A stretch of 58,218 nucleotides of DNA, counting the filler, from Dugesia japonica (taxonomy: Eukaryota): the NCBI GenBank assembly GCA_001938525.1. It is 6 parts of 6 records of this genome, joined end to end, with 100 filler letters (N's around TTAATTAATTAA, not from the genome) between each part and the next. Parts side by side here need not be neighbours in the genome. Positions count along the whole stretch, not along the records: positions 1 to 8,481 come from MQRL01348480.1; positions 8,582 to 21,325 come from MQRL01647294.1; 4 more parts are not named here. One strand, written 5' to 3'. Positions 1 through 11,361 of this stretch are shown here, one piece after another; within the stretch, counting starts at the first letter, position 1, and the number at the start of each line of letters is the position of its first letter. The position numbers were made by a program, and so were the translations under genes. Below the pieces are notes generated by a model. That model saw only the letters and a list, made by a program, of their open reading frames with translations, made no database searches and had not been told where the DNA came from.

Positions 1-99
1 CCTATTCAAAATTGTTGAATAGAAACCTTTCATTGTTGTTATAGCAGTCTAGATATGACTGTTTTTTATATTTGTTATTAGTTTTATACCTTTTGCATT

Positions 100-2964
100 C
101 ATGCTCATTTTTTCACTAAGTAGGCTACAATGTTTTTGGCTTAAAAATATTCACTCGCAATATTTCTTCTCTTTACTCTCATTTCTTAAGTTTTTAATCA
201 AGGAATTTAGTTTCAGTGAGTAAAGCGGTTGTAATTTGAGGTGTTCAGCAATCCATCTCAGATCATACTTTCCAACAACCTTTCCAATTTTATATCTTGA
301 CTTGCAAAAAAGAAGCTGCCCATAACGCCAGCAACTATATTTATTATACAGTTCTCATCTTTTCAGTACTTTTCTATCTCGATGTACTGTAGCTTGTACA
401 TTTTCAGTTTACTCAAGTCAAGAATGCTTTGACGAATATAACTTGGTCGGTACAAACATACAATTTCCTTGTTGAGTTAAACTGATATTAAGTCATTATT
501 ATCCACTCAAAAGGTATAGAGTTGAAAAATAGTTAGCTCCAGCAATACTGCTAAATATTTCCTCTAATGATGGTATTGGAAATGTTAGTTGGTTGGTTTT
601 AGCATTAAGTGCACTGTATTCAACATATACGGTTATCACCGTTTTTATTTTGCACAACTACAATAAGAAAATTCCATTGTGAAGTACTCCGCTTTACAAC
701 ACCAGAATCTCCAAAATCTTTCACCATATGTTTTACTTCATCTTCGAGTCCTTTTCGTATTTTTCGTGGCTTGAAAACAATTGGTCTGCTATCGATTGTT
801 TCCATTATATGTTCAACCATATCACCTTTGTCCACATCCATTTTATATCGACTAAATACATCTTTATTCCTTTCAAGGATTGCTAATGTTTTAACCACAC
901 CGTAGTAGTTGCTTGCAACTTACATTTCATTTTTAATTTTCTGCAGTATATTGTCTGCAACTTTCTTTTCTTTTGTTTTTTTTTTACATTGAATAATTGT
1001 CTGAGTGATACTTTTTCAAATACTTCTTCATTTTGATTTAACTCTTTTACATAACCGAATGTTGTTCACTTGTCTAGAGTTTTACATCATCTTTCTAACA
1101 AATATACTTTTATTTATATGTATTCATTATTATTGATAGCGATTCCATCTATTACTAAATGTTTCTGTATGGCCATTTTCACTTTATCTCCAGTGAAAAT
1201 CAATTCCATACTCGTGTCAAAAGTAAGTTTCTGATCTGCTTGGTCCATTATCATGCCTCTGATAAANNNNNNNNNNNNNNNNNNNNNNNNNNNNNNNNNN
1301 NNNNNNNNNNNNNNNNNNNNNNNNNNNNNNNNNNNNNNNNNNNNNATTCATTTAATATAAAAGCTTTGATCAAAATTTTGGTTTTTTTATTGATATTGGA
1401 TAACAATTCGATATCAATAAAAATATTTATATTTTATATTAAATGAATACCATTTCCATCTACATTTTCAGATACCGCAATTTTATAACATTGATTATCA
1501 TTATAAATCTCACGAATCTCTGTTTTCCGAATTTCGTATTACAACTCATTAACACGATTGGTGTTAATTTTTTATTGACTCAAGTAGAACTGTTCTTAAA
1601 ACAAATTGAATCTTAACAGTCTGTATTATTATTCCATTATTACATGCATCCACCATTATTTTGTATTTTTTCATGATTGTTAATCTAATATATAGATGCG
1701 GAAATATATTTGTCATAATATCAAACACGTGTTCTGTCATTACAGGTTCAATTGACCTATTTAATTGTATCTTCCACAAACATTCTTCAATTGTACCATT
1801 TGCGCCTGTTACTTTTGTCATAGGTATAAAAATTCTTACAAAAGGGTTCTTTTTACAGATAAGCTCAGCTAACATTTGAAAAGCCATTTGTCAAACATAG
1901 TTTTTACTGGTATCCCTGCAATCATGCATTTAACAATCGGTTTATTTCTTGCTTTTTTGGTTTTTACATAATTATTAGTGTTGGTTTTTAAGTGTTTGTC
2001 TTGGCTGTGCTCCATTTCCTTAACAAATGCATTTACCATTGTGAGGTCGATTAATGAATTTCAGATGTCTGAGATTTTTTAATTTTTATATATATTACGA
2101 TATATTATTTAAAAATTTATTTCTGAAACTTTTAAATATTATTGAAAAAAGTGAAGATAAATTTTTAAAAATTATAGAGTTTTTTTTAAATTAAATTATT
2201 TAAAATCAAAATAAATATTTAATATTATGTAAAAGTATAAAATTACAAAAATTGTTTTATAATATTAAAATGTTTTAAAATCAAGATCGATATTTTTTAT
2301 TATGGGAAATTTCAAAATTATAAAAAATGGTTTTATAAAATTATCATAAATAAAATATTTTAAAAAAAGGAAAACCGATATTTTTAAAAAAATATATTTT
2401 ATTAAAATGTCTCAGATTATTTGTTTGAATACTGTGGATTGTTCTTCATCATTTTTCATTTTAATAAAAGACTTGTAATAATCAATAAAAAAATTTATGG
2501 AGACTTGTGAGACTTTGAATTTAACTAATAACCTTGATTTCCTCTTTCTTTTCAGATAAAAAGCAGCTCTCCATATGAATACGCTTAGCAAAATTTGTTA
2601 TTCTCCCCCTGGCTACTGCATTAATTCAAGGATCGGCATAACTTGGTTAATTTTTTATGGTTTAAAATCCAGTAAATTGATAAGAATTTTTTCCAAGTAA
2701 TCGATATCTATCTTTGTACTCTCAAAGCTTGGATCACATTTTATTTCCTTCATCAGGTTATCGTCAAAATATTTACTAAATATAATAATCTTCTTTTCGG
2801 CTGTTATGCTACAAGCATCAAATGAATAGATAAATTTTATGACGTTTTGTAGGTGTTCCTGAATATTGACTGAGCTTTCATTATTCTTTCTGAACTTGAA
2901 CAGCTTAGCTTCCGTTTCTTTAAACATATTTTTCTGCAGGAATCGTTCCTGCTCGTGACGTCAT
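100..2964 (-). mobile_element. Degraded Ty3/gypsy LTR retrotransposon (PBS, gag, protease, RT and RNase H fragments)
   Basis: Minus-strand RT N-terminus (IETIDSRPIVFKPRKI...GVVKRSTSQWNFLIVVVQNKNGDNRIC, then FPIPSLEEIF) at ~520-898. Retropepsin-like KPIVKCMIAGIPVKTMFD at ~1890-1945. Gag-like ORF 2655-2927. PBS at 2947-2963. Many stops and frameshifts. Confidence 0.8.
2947..2963 (-). promoter_or_regulatory. Primer-binding site complementary to the 3' end of tRNA-Ser(CGA), directly after an LTR end (...TATAACA)
   Basis: Minus strand reads TATAACA|TGACGTCACGAGCAGGA. This matches the complement of metazoan tRNA-Ser(CGA) 3' ends as I recall it (TGGCGTCACGAACAGGA) with 2 mismatches, and it lies upstream of gag. 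Confidence 0.65.
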
Positions 2965-5299
2965 GTTATATAAATAATAAGATGATTTACAAGTTAACAT
3001 TATATTNGTTAAAAAANTAGCAATATTAAAACAAATCAAATTCAGGAATTGACTTTTCAATTGACTTTTCAAAAGTCTCTTCCTGACGAAGACAAAGTCA
3101 AAATATAGAATTGTTATCAAAAATCAAAAAAACAAATTTTAATCGAAGCTTTTATTTTAAATAATTAAATTGAATTATAAAGTTACTAATATTATGAAAC
3201 AATAAAAATAAACACATCATGACAAATTAATTGTAATATTTTTAAACAAAATCATAACAAAAGGTTATAATAAATCAAAGGATTAATAAGTTTCAATCCC
3301 TGTAAATTATTAGAACATAATGCCACACCATCATTTGATATTCGTTTAACCCTCATACAATATTATCCTTTTAATATTTGTTCATATAATACGCATACAC
3401 GATTCATTTAATAGTTGTTTATTCATTGGACTATCTCGACGGATGTAAGCACTACAGGGTGATCAGTATAACTAACAATCCACAATCAAAACTATGTGCG
3501 CATCTCAATTATTATTTTAAACTTATACAAATAAATAATCAAATAATAAATTTACTTTTCTTAAAAATAGCGATATTGATACCATAGCTGTTAGACTCAA
3601 AATTGCATATTTTTAAAAAAGAATGATTTTTTGATTATTTTGCTTCCTTATATACCCTAATGTATCGTTAAATTTTGACAGATACTTCGTAGAAACAACT
3701 TTGGTTTTGTTTTTTTTCTACTTTATGAATTTTATGATTGATAGTGTATTATTCATTCGTGGGCTTTATTTCTTTTTTACAGCTTATTTTATTATTATTT
3801 TATTGACAATAAACGGTGCCAATACGATGGTGACATTAAAAATTGTGATCAGTAAGCCGGCGCCAATTACTTTTGAAAGAAAATGTTTTAACATAAAATA
3901 ATAATTTTAATTAATTCGATTTTTTTGAAATCGAAATATAAATAGGAAATACTACACAAATATAATTATTTCAATAATAATATCAGAATATTACTTTAAA
4001 TAAACAAATCTATTTCTACGTATAAATTTATTTTCCTAATTTTATTCGGATTTACATAAATTAAAATATTTAATGTAATAATAATAATAAAATTAGTAAT
4101 ATTTTAAAATAATAATAATTTTCAACTTTACATTACGTAATTTATTATAATATAATTTTATGATAATAATAACAATTATAATAATTATTTTTCCTGAATT
4201 ATATTGATGCTTTAATATTTTTATTATAAAAACGTTAATTTTACTTTTAATAATAACCTTTTCTTATTGGAGTTATTTGTTTTAATTTACATAATTATAG
4301 TATTTATTTTATTATATATATATATATATATATATACTTGTATAAACATTTATAAAAGTATAAATATTGATATAATATCCAGCTTTTCCTTTTTGTTTCA
4401 ATTTTGTGTTTCGTAATTTTTTCCGTTTCTTTCATTTCTTGATAAATTTTCATTTTAGTTCATCTTAATTAATATTCTTTTATTTTCTTGACGCCTATTT
4501 TATTAATGATTATTTCCTTTAATCTTCCTTTGAGCATTTTTTCTTTAATTCCTTTTATTTCCTGAGCCATAGTTGTTTATTAATCCTTGCATGACATTTT
4601 GCCTATTGATTATTTCTTTTGAACAATTATTTTTTTGAGTAGTATTTTATTATTTCTTCTTCATTTCTTAATTCATTTATTTTATTATCTATCATCTCGT
4701 TTCTCTATATTTTTTTCCTCTTCCCTTTTGTTTTAATTCATTTACATTTTATTAATCTATTTAATTCACTATTAATGCGTTAAGTTTGGCCTCATAGCTG
4801 CTGAAGCACAACATAATTTTCATTTTTAAAATTGTGACTATATATTTCTCGATAATCAATGTTCTTCGATAAAGTTATTGACGTAGCATTGAAATGAACC
4901 ACTTTTTCACTAGACTTTTTATAGCTATCAATATATTGATATTCACTTTGAAATGTNNNNNNNNNNNNNNNNNNNNNNNNNNNNNNNNNNNNNNNNNNNN
5001 NNNNNNNNNNNNNNNNNNNNNNNNNNNNNNNNNNNNNNNNNNNNNNNNNNNNNNNNNNNNNNNNNNNNNNNNNNNNNNNNNNNNNNNNNNNNNNNNNNNN
5101 NNNNNNNNNNNNNNNNNNNNNNNNNNNNNNNNNNNNNNNNNNNNNNNNNNNNNNNNNNNNNNNNNNNNNNNNNNNNNNNNNNNNNNNNNNNNNNNNNNNN
5201 NNNNNNNNNNNNNNNNNNNNNNNNNNNNNNNNNNNNNNNNNNNNNNNNNNNNNNNNNAGACAATGTTTAAGATGTATTAATAGATTTTTTTCTAAATTT

Positions 5300-5640
5300 T
5301 TTTGTTCAATACTCTATTGCTGTAAGGCAATTATTCTTACTATCTCCATTATAATTCCAAATAGCTTCATATATTGCCTTTGGAATATATATAATTTCCG
5401 GTTACTATTTTAACATTATTAAATGAAAGAATGAATGAATCTTTGAACAGAGTATAAAACATATAATTGGTGGGTGCTAAACAAGAAACTTAAGCCAAAC
5501 GTTTTCCAGTTTTATCAACTACTTTTACCTTTACATTCATACCTTATCATTCAAATTCAAATATGCTGTTTGATATCGAATAATGAAAAACAATATTTTG
5601 CTTTTTTGACCAGTAATTGAATTCATTGAAAACACATCTA
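5300..5640 (-). pseudogene. Polinton/adintovirus major capsid (hexon-like) N-terminal fragment, copy 1
   Basis: Frameshifted translation ...VKVKVVDKTGKRLA...APTNYMFYTLFKD...FNNVKI...AIWNYNGDSKNNCLTAIEY. Alignable at nucleotide level with 24840-25000 (PSNYMLHTPFKD...INYNADSKKKCLTAMEY). Confidence 0.7.
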
Positions 5641-6258
5641 CAAATTTTTTTAGTTTATTTTAAAATCGGATAGTTAGGAAATTTAAAATTAAAATATTTA
5701 GCATTTTCCGTTTTTAAATATGAATTTTTAAGTTTGTTTGAAAAAAGCAAATTTATGTTCATAGTTTTTATTTGAAATAAATTTTAATATGGAGTTTAAT
5801 TTTGATTTTGATGATCTGATGAGTACTCAAAACTCATCTAACAATTAAATACTTAAATTGTAAAATATAATCTCTTGATCGAAATTTATCAAGTTAAGGT
5901 CTAATCAAAATCTCAAGAATAAACTTCAAGAAACTTCGTTAATAATCTATGCGTTTTGCTTATAAATTAATCAAAAGTTTCCCGTCTATTCATACTTAAT
6001 ATTCATATTCATACCCGTCTACTCCCACACCTATTAGTAACCGAAACATTCATCTCGTAGTGTAAGCCACTTTTTACTCAGATAGAAAAGCGAGTTACTA
6101 AAATGTCAAAAACAATATTATATAAAAAATCTAATTCTTTAATAAAATTAGTTATTAGAAATCTCAGTAGATGTGTAGTTAAAATTTAAGCTGTATAAAC
6201 GTCATGACTGCTATTTTAGTTTCTCGGGTAGAAAATTAATTAATCTAATCTCTAAATG

Positions 6259-6448
6259 TAGTGATTCTCAGCCTGGTTTTCAACACGGTACACTTTTGTT
6301 AATTTAAAAAATTTGGCAAGATATTAACAATAAGTCCCGTTAGAAATATAAAACCGATTGAACTGCTTTTTTGACATTGTTTATGTATGGGTATTCGAAG
6401 TGGAAGCACACTTCAAGTATATCGTGGNACAGTGGTTGAGAAATAATT
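6259..6448. mobile_element. Possible hAT/Charlie-type MITE
   Basis: Degenerate terminal inverted repeats TAGTGATTCTCAGCC ... GGTTGAGAAATAATT resemble Charlie CAGTGTTTCTCAACC ends. No clear target-site duplication. Confidence 0.35.
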
Positions 6449-7641
6449 AAATAATTTTAAATCAATAATATTTTAAAAATATTTATTTAAAAAACATTCA
6501 CAGTAAAAAATCTTTGTAAATTATATTCTAAACTAAATCAAGTAAAAAAAATGTTTAAAAACAATTCAGATTTATATTTCATACGATATCAAGAAATTAC
6601 ACACAATTCTGTAAGAATAGAGAGTTATTACAATAGTATGCTGCATAACTAATATTTGACTGAGTCCAAATATATAGCGTGATGCATAACAGTTAATTGT
6701 TTGTTTGCTGATTGAGGTATGTTGATTAATTAAATGAAATTAAATTAAAAAGTATCCTAATAGCCACTAAAGTAGATAAATAACATACTGGAATTTTACT
6801 GGATAAATAAATTTTGAAACTTTATACGAGAATTAAACGATTATTTGTGTTTTGATAGTCTGANAACTATATTCACCGTATAATAGACTCTTAATACGTT
6901 TTAATATTTATCTAATGAAAAAGGATACGAAAATTGAAATTTTTCAAAAATAATTTAACCGATCTTCATGATTCATATATCAGTAGATAGGTATCTTTAA
7001 AAATATTTATTGTATTTGTTTTATTGCACTATTTTTCGAATTTCTTTTAAATTAAAATATTTCCAAAATAACTCCTAAAATTGAAAGGAAATCTAAGTGG
7101 TTTTTTCGAAATTCATTTTGTGTTTTATTTGTCTCATTAAGAACTACTATTTATCAATTTATCAAACTTGATTTTGTGATGTGAAAAAATAGCTATTTAT
7201 GATATAGAAAATTTACTTTTTTATATTATATTATATCACATATGTATTATATTTATAATATTATAATTTTACAATTGNAATTATTGCGAGAATAATTATT
7301 GGACTTAACCATTGATCGTATTTGAGATTTAATTAAAAAAATTTATATATATGCATCAATGAATAAAACGAATGAATATTTCTGTCAATATTTCAAAAAT
7401 TTTATTTGATTTTAGAATTTCAAAAAACAATGATTTTAAAATAAAATGCTATTATTAAATAAAAACTTTAATTTACTAATAAATAATTAACCAAAAATAT
7501 TTCCCTTCAAATAAAATTTAAAGGAAACTAAATGTATATTGATTCAATTAAAACAGTTTTAATGGAATTCCAAACCTATCTACACATCCGGTAGCTTATT
7601 CACATAAATACCATATAAAATACTTAACAAATATTTGTTCA

Positions 7642-8481
7642 ATGTTTCTAAAATTTTTATTATCAGTCATATTTTTGCTTATTTTTATTAAACTATACAA
7701 AGCACAATGCGGGTGTACTCAAAAAGTAAAGTAATTTTATTTTAAATAAGATTTTGTTTTAATTTAATTTTTCTTTCTTCTAGGCAATCAAAATCCAAAC
7801 TTTTGCTGTTGATGATATGATTTTGTCTTCACAAGATCTTTTAATAATAAACGGAGTAAATGAAATTAATTTAATGTTATAATTTCATGGATGAATACGA
7901 TCTTCTAGTTTAAAGCAGCTCAAGGTAATCATTGGCCAAACAAAACTGTAAGATATTCATTCTATCCTTCATACCGTAATAATAATGAATTTTAATTATA
8001 ACAAGTTGTAAAATGATTTTATTCATTTCCAGCTGACAGAAATAAAAACAGAATCAGAGAATATTTAGCCATTTATGAAAAAGAATTGGGAAATTGTTTA
8101 AAATTTATCGAGGAAAACACTGGTGTTTTTGCAAGCATATTAATGGGACCGGGATGCCACTCGAGTATTGGATATAGTAAAGATTTACCTTTACAAATAA
8201 CATTGCCAGATAAATGTGTTAATAAACGAAACGTAAAACATGAATTTACGCATTTGATCGGATTCATGCATGAACATACTCGACCTGATAGAGATCAATA
8301 TTTGACAATTCAATTTGAAAATATTCACACTCCATGTAAAATAGATTTTAAAAAACTTTTTTTAAAATCTATCATTTAAGATTGTTATAATTTCTTTATA
8401 TGCGAAGGATGTAAAGTCACAACAACATATGATTTTGAAAGTATCATGCAATATGGATCAAGAGCTTTTACGTGTAATGGA
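7642..8481 (+). CDS. Astacin-family (M12A) zinc metalloprotease, secreted; 5 exons, 3' end lost at contig end
   Basis: Signal peptide MFLKFLLSVIFLLIFIKLYKA. Exons ~7642-7725, 7784-7855, 7909-7975, 8033-8336 and 8381-8481, separated by GT-AG introns of ~45-60 nt that splice in frame. Propeptide DDMIL, WPNKTVRY, GCHSSIG, zinc motif HEFTHLIGFMHEHTRPDRD and Met-turn YDFESIMQYG. Confidence 0.93.
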
Positions 8482-8581
8482 NNNNNNNNNNNNNNNNNNN
8501 NNNNNNNNNNNNNNNNNNNNNNNNNTTAATTAATTAANNNNNNNNNNNNNNNNNNNNNNNNNNNNNNNNNNNNNNNNNNNN
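8482..8581. other. Artificial contig-joining linker (44 N + TTAATTAATTAA + 44 N)
   Basis: Six-frame-stop 12-mer at 8526-8537, centred in N runs. The identical structure occurs five times in the window. Confidence 0.97.
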
Positions 8582-9742
8582 ATTATTATTATTATAATAA
8601 TTTTAATTAATTATAAGTCACTTAACATTATTTCTGACTTTTTGGAAATAAGTAAAATATATTTTTAAATTCAAGTCTTAATGAATAATGTAATAAAGTC
8701 GAAAATGCCTTTTAATTACAATTATTGATTAAGAATTACTTGACTTTGGAAACATAATTTGATTATTCTTATTCTGTGGAATTTCAACATTATTAGAGCC
8801 ATATTTCCGTGAAAGAAATATTAATGAGATTTCCAAATTTTTAATTTACTGGAACTATTTTTTTGCTTAAATACTAATCTTGATTAATTTATGATTAACA
8901 TTTAAAAAATTCACTATTTACATATTAAATAAATTAAACATATATGTATTTATGTATTTTCGTTATAAATATATAAAGAATTAATGAAAATTATTTTACA
9001 TTATTTGAGAAATTCTTTCTGGGCTCCGTATTCTTGTACCAGAGCAAGTTTGTGGACTTCTATCATTTTTTATATAGACTTGATTTAACTTAAAAATTAT
9101 CTACTAAACTCATATTCCGAGTCAACCAAGGGATGATGATTTATTTCTCTGATGAGAAAATTATTTATTATTGTTAATTAATTTTAAGCGAATAAATCAA
9201 ATTTACATAAAATACAAATAAAAATTCGTAAAATAAAATAACATAAAATAGAAGTATTTTCCTAATTGAAATTTTTTAACCAAACTTTTTCTTAATTATT
9301 TTATCTTTAAAACTTTATAAATTTTTTTTGAGAAATTTGCTTTAAAAAATTTTGCAAATTTAAAACGAAATTTTCGATGTTTAATATTTTTTATATATTG
9401 CTGAAAATCTAGTGTTGGAAATTAATTTTAAAAAATTTTTGAGTCTAAAATTTACCCACGGATCATCATGATTCACTGCCTACTGCTAAAGTTCATCTCA
9501 TCCTACATCCAACGATCTATTTAATCAATGTAATATAATTAACCCAATCAATCCATTCAATACCGCTAATTTGCTCGATACAAATAATCCATGTGAAATA
9601 AAATAGCGACATTCAAAATCAAAACTAAAATTCTTAACTAGATTTTTTTTCAAATACAATTTATAAACTTAAAATAATATTTTTAAACTTGATTTGCATA
9701 CTTCAAAAATTCAAAATTTAAATTTAAAATTACCATTATTGT

Positions 9743-9853
9743 GAGAATAATTGTTGGACTTAACCATTGATCGCATTTGAGATTTCATTAAAATAAAGAA
9801 AAAGCTTCGAATAAAATATTTTGATCGAAGCTTTTTCTATATTTTAATGAAAT
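9743..9853. repeat. Interspersed repeat ending in a ~29-bp-stem hairpin (related copies at ~7288-7340, ~54688-54810, partial at ~3140-3160)
   Basis: Shared motif GAGAATAATTRTTGGACTTAACCATTGATCG. 9782-9810 and 9825-9853 are near-perfect inverted repeats. Confidence 0.7.
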
Positions 9854-11361
9854 TTTAAATTTAAACTTATTTTGCACCGCAAAATAATTAATGCAGATCC
9901 CAAAACCTTAAATAAAGTAATTCAAATTACCAGCCAAATTTTTTTAATACATTTAAAATAATCATTTCAAATTGATAAGCCTATTTTTTGCATCAATATT
10001 TTCTAGAAAAGAACCCCCGTTCTCTATGCGCGATAACAATTAGGTGATTGAGTGTGCACCTATCTCTTCCAGTATTCTGATTAATTAGTTTNCCATATCC
10101 TTGTACTAATTACAAGCCACATTTTATTTGCAAATAGATAAATAATCAGCAAATTCTCATTTTCTCATCAACGTTAGGCACTTTAACCAGATGTTTGGTT
10201 CATACATACTAGATTCAACTAAATGACTCAGCTCGATAAAAATCCAACACATACACGGTAAAACACACACACATACACGATGAGAAGGTTGTTTTTCCAG
10301 TATTCTGATCGCTACTAGATCAGTTGCAGGGCTTCCTACAATCTGACTGACAGATTACTAGATCACTTAACAAAGAATTTGCTACCCATATTAATGTATT
10401 GTATCATTTTTATCTCACTTATATTTTAATGCTTATTAATATTGTTTACAATCTATATTAANATTTTGCTGAATATTTTATTGTTATTAATTAACGATTT
10501 CGATTTTAATCCAACCATGCATATTAATAGAAACGTCCTGTTCTGTTAAATTTTAAAATAATTAATTTTTGTATTGATAATAAAAATTATTTAGAAATCC
10601 TAATTTTAATTTAAGTTATTTATTTAACTTTTCACATTTTCAAAAATTTCAAATTTTTTTCCTAATTATAATAAGTTATAAATTGTCGAATTTCTAATTT
10701 CGCATGAAATTATTTCTGAAAGCTTTAGGAAAAAAAACAATTAAAAATCCCATTTTAGTTAATATTTCCAGTTTTAATAGTTAATGAAGAGTTTTAAATA
10801 CAACAGCTGACAATTATAATTTTTGTAAGAGCTTTTATCAATATATCTAATAGTTTATTTCAGAAAAAATCCATTTAATAATTGCATGAATTATTTTAAT
10901 TTTTCATCTGTTTTCTATAAACAATAATAAATGAAATTTCTTTTACTAAATTAATTTTTTTTAAAAAATTGTAATTGCTTTGTAATTCGTGTTTCTTATT
11001 AATTAATAAATATTTGTAAAGCAATATTTTAAATTGTTCTCTAAATTTATTTTCAGTTTTCTTGTTGACAAAGTAATTTATATAAAAGCTTTTTTTTAGT
11101 TTTCCAATTACAAAATGCTATGAATAATTTATTTGGTTTAGTTTTTAAGATTTATTTTGATAAATTAATAATTGTGCTCATATTTAAATTATAAAATGAC
11201 AAAAAAAACTTTAAAGCAAATATTTTATTATTATTTTTATTATTATTATAATAATTATTATTATAATTATTAATTAATAATCTTATCCAATAGAAATTGA
11301 GTTATCTGAATATGAATATTGAAATTCTAGTATTTTAATATTATTTATCTTATGAAACATG

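Noticed and set aside
3300-3510. Cys-containing minus-strand coding relic (possible adenain or GIY-YIG)
   Set aside because: All frames are interrupted and no diagnostic motif can be recovered.
4380-4830. Coiled-coil gene relic on the minus strand
   Set aside because: K/E-rich composition only, with many stops; cannot be assigned.
4894-5280. ORF-track entries spanning N runs (also 1159, 25037, 25477, 25503, 33251, 34599-34905, 36951, 39475, 41543)
   Set aside because: They are open only because N codons contain no stops.
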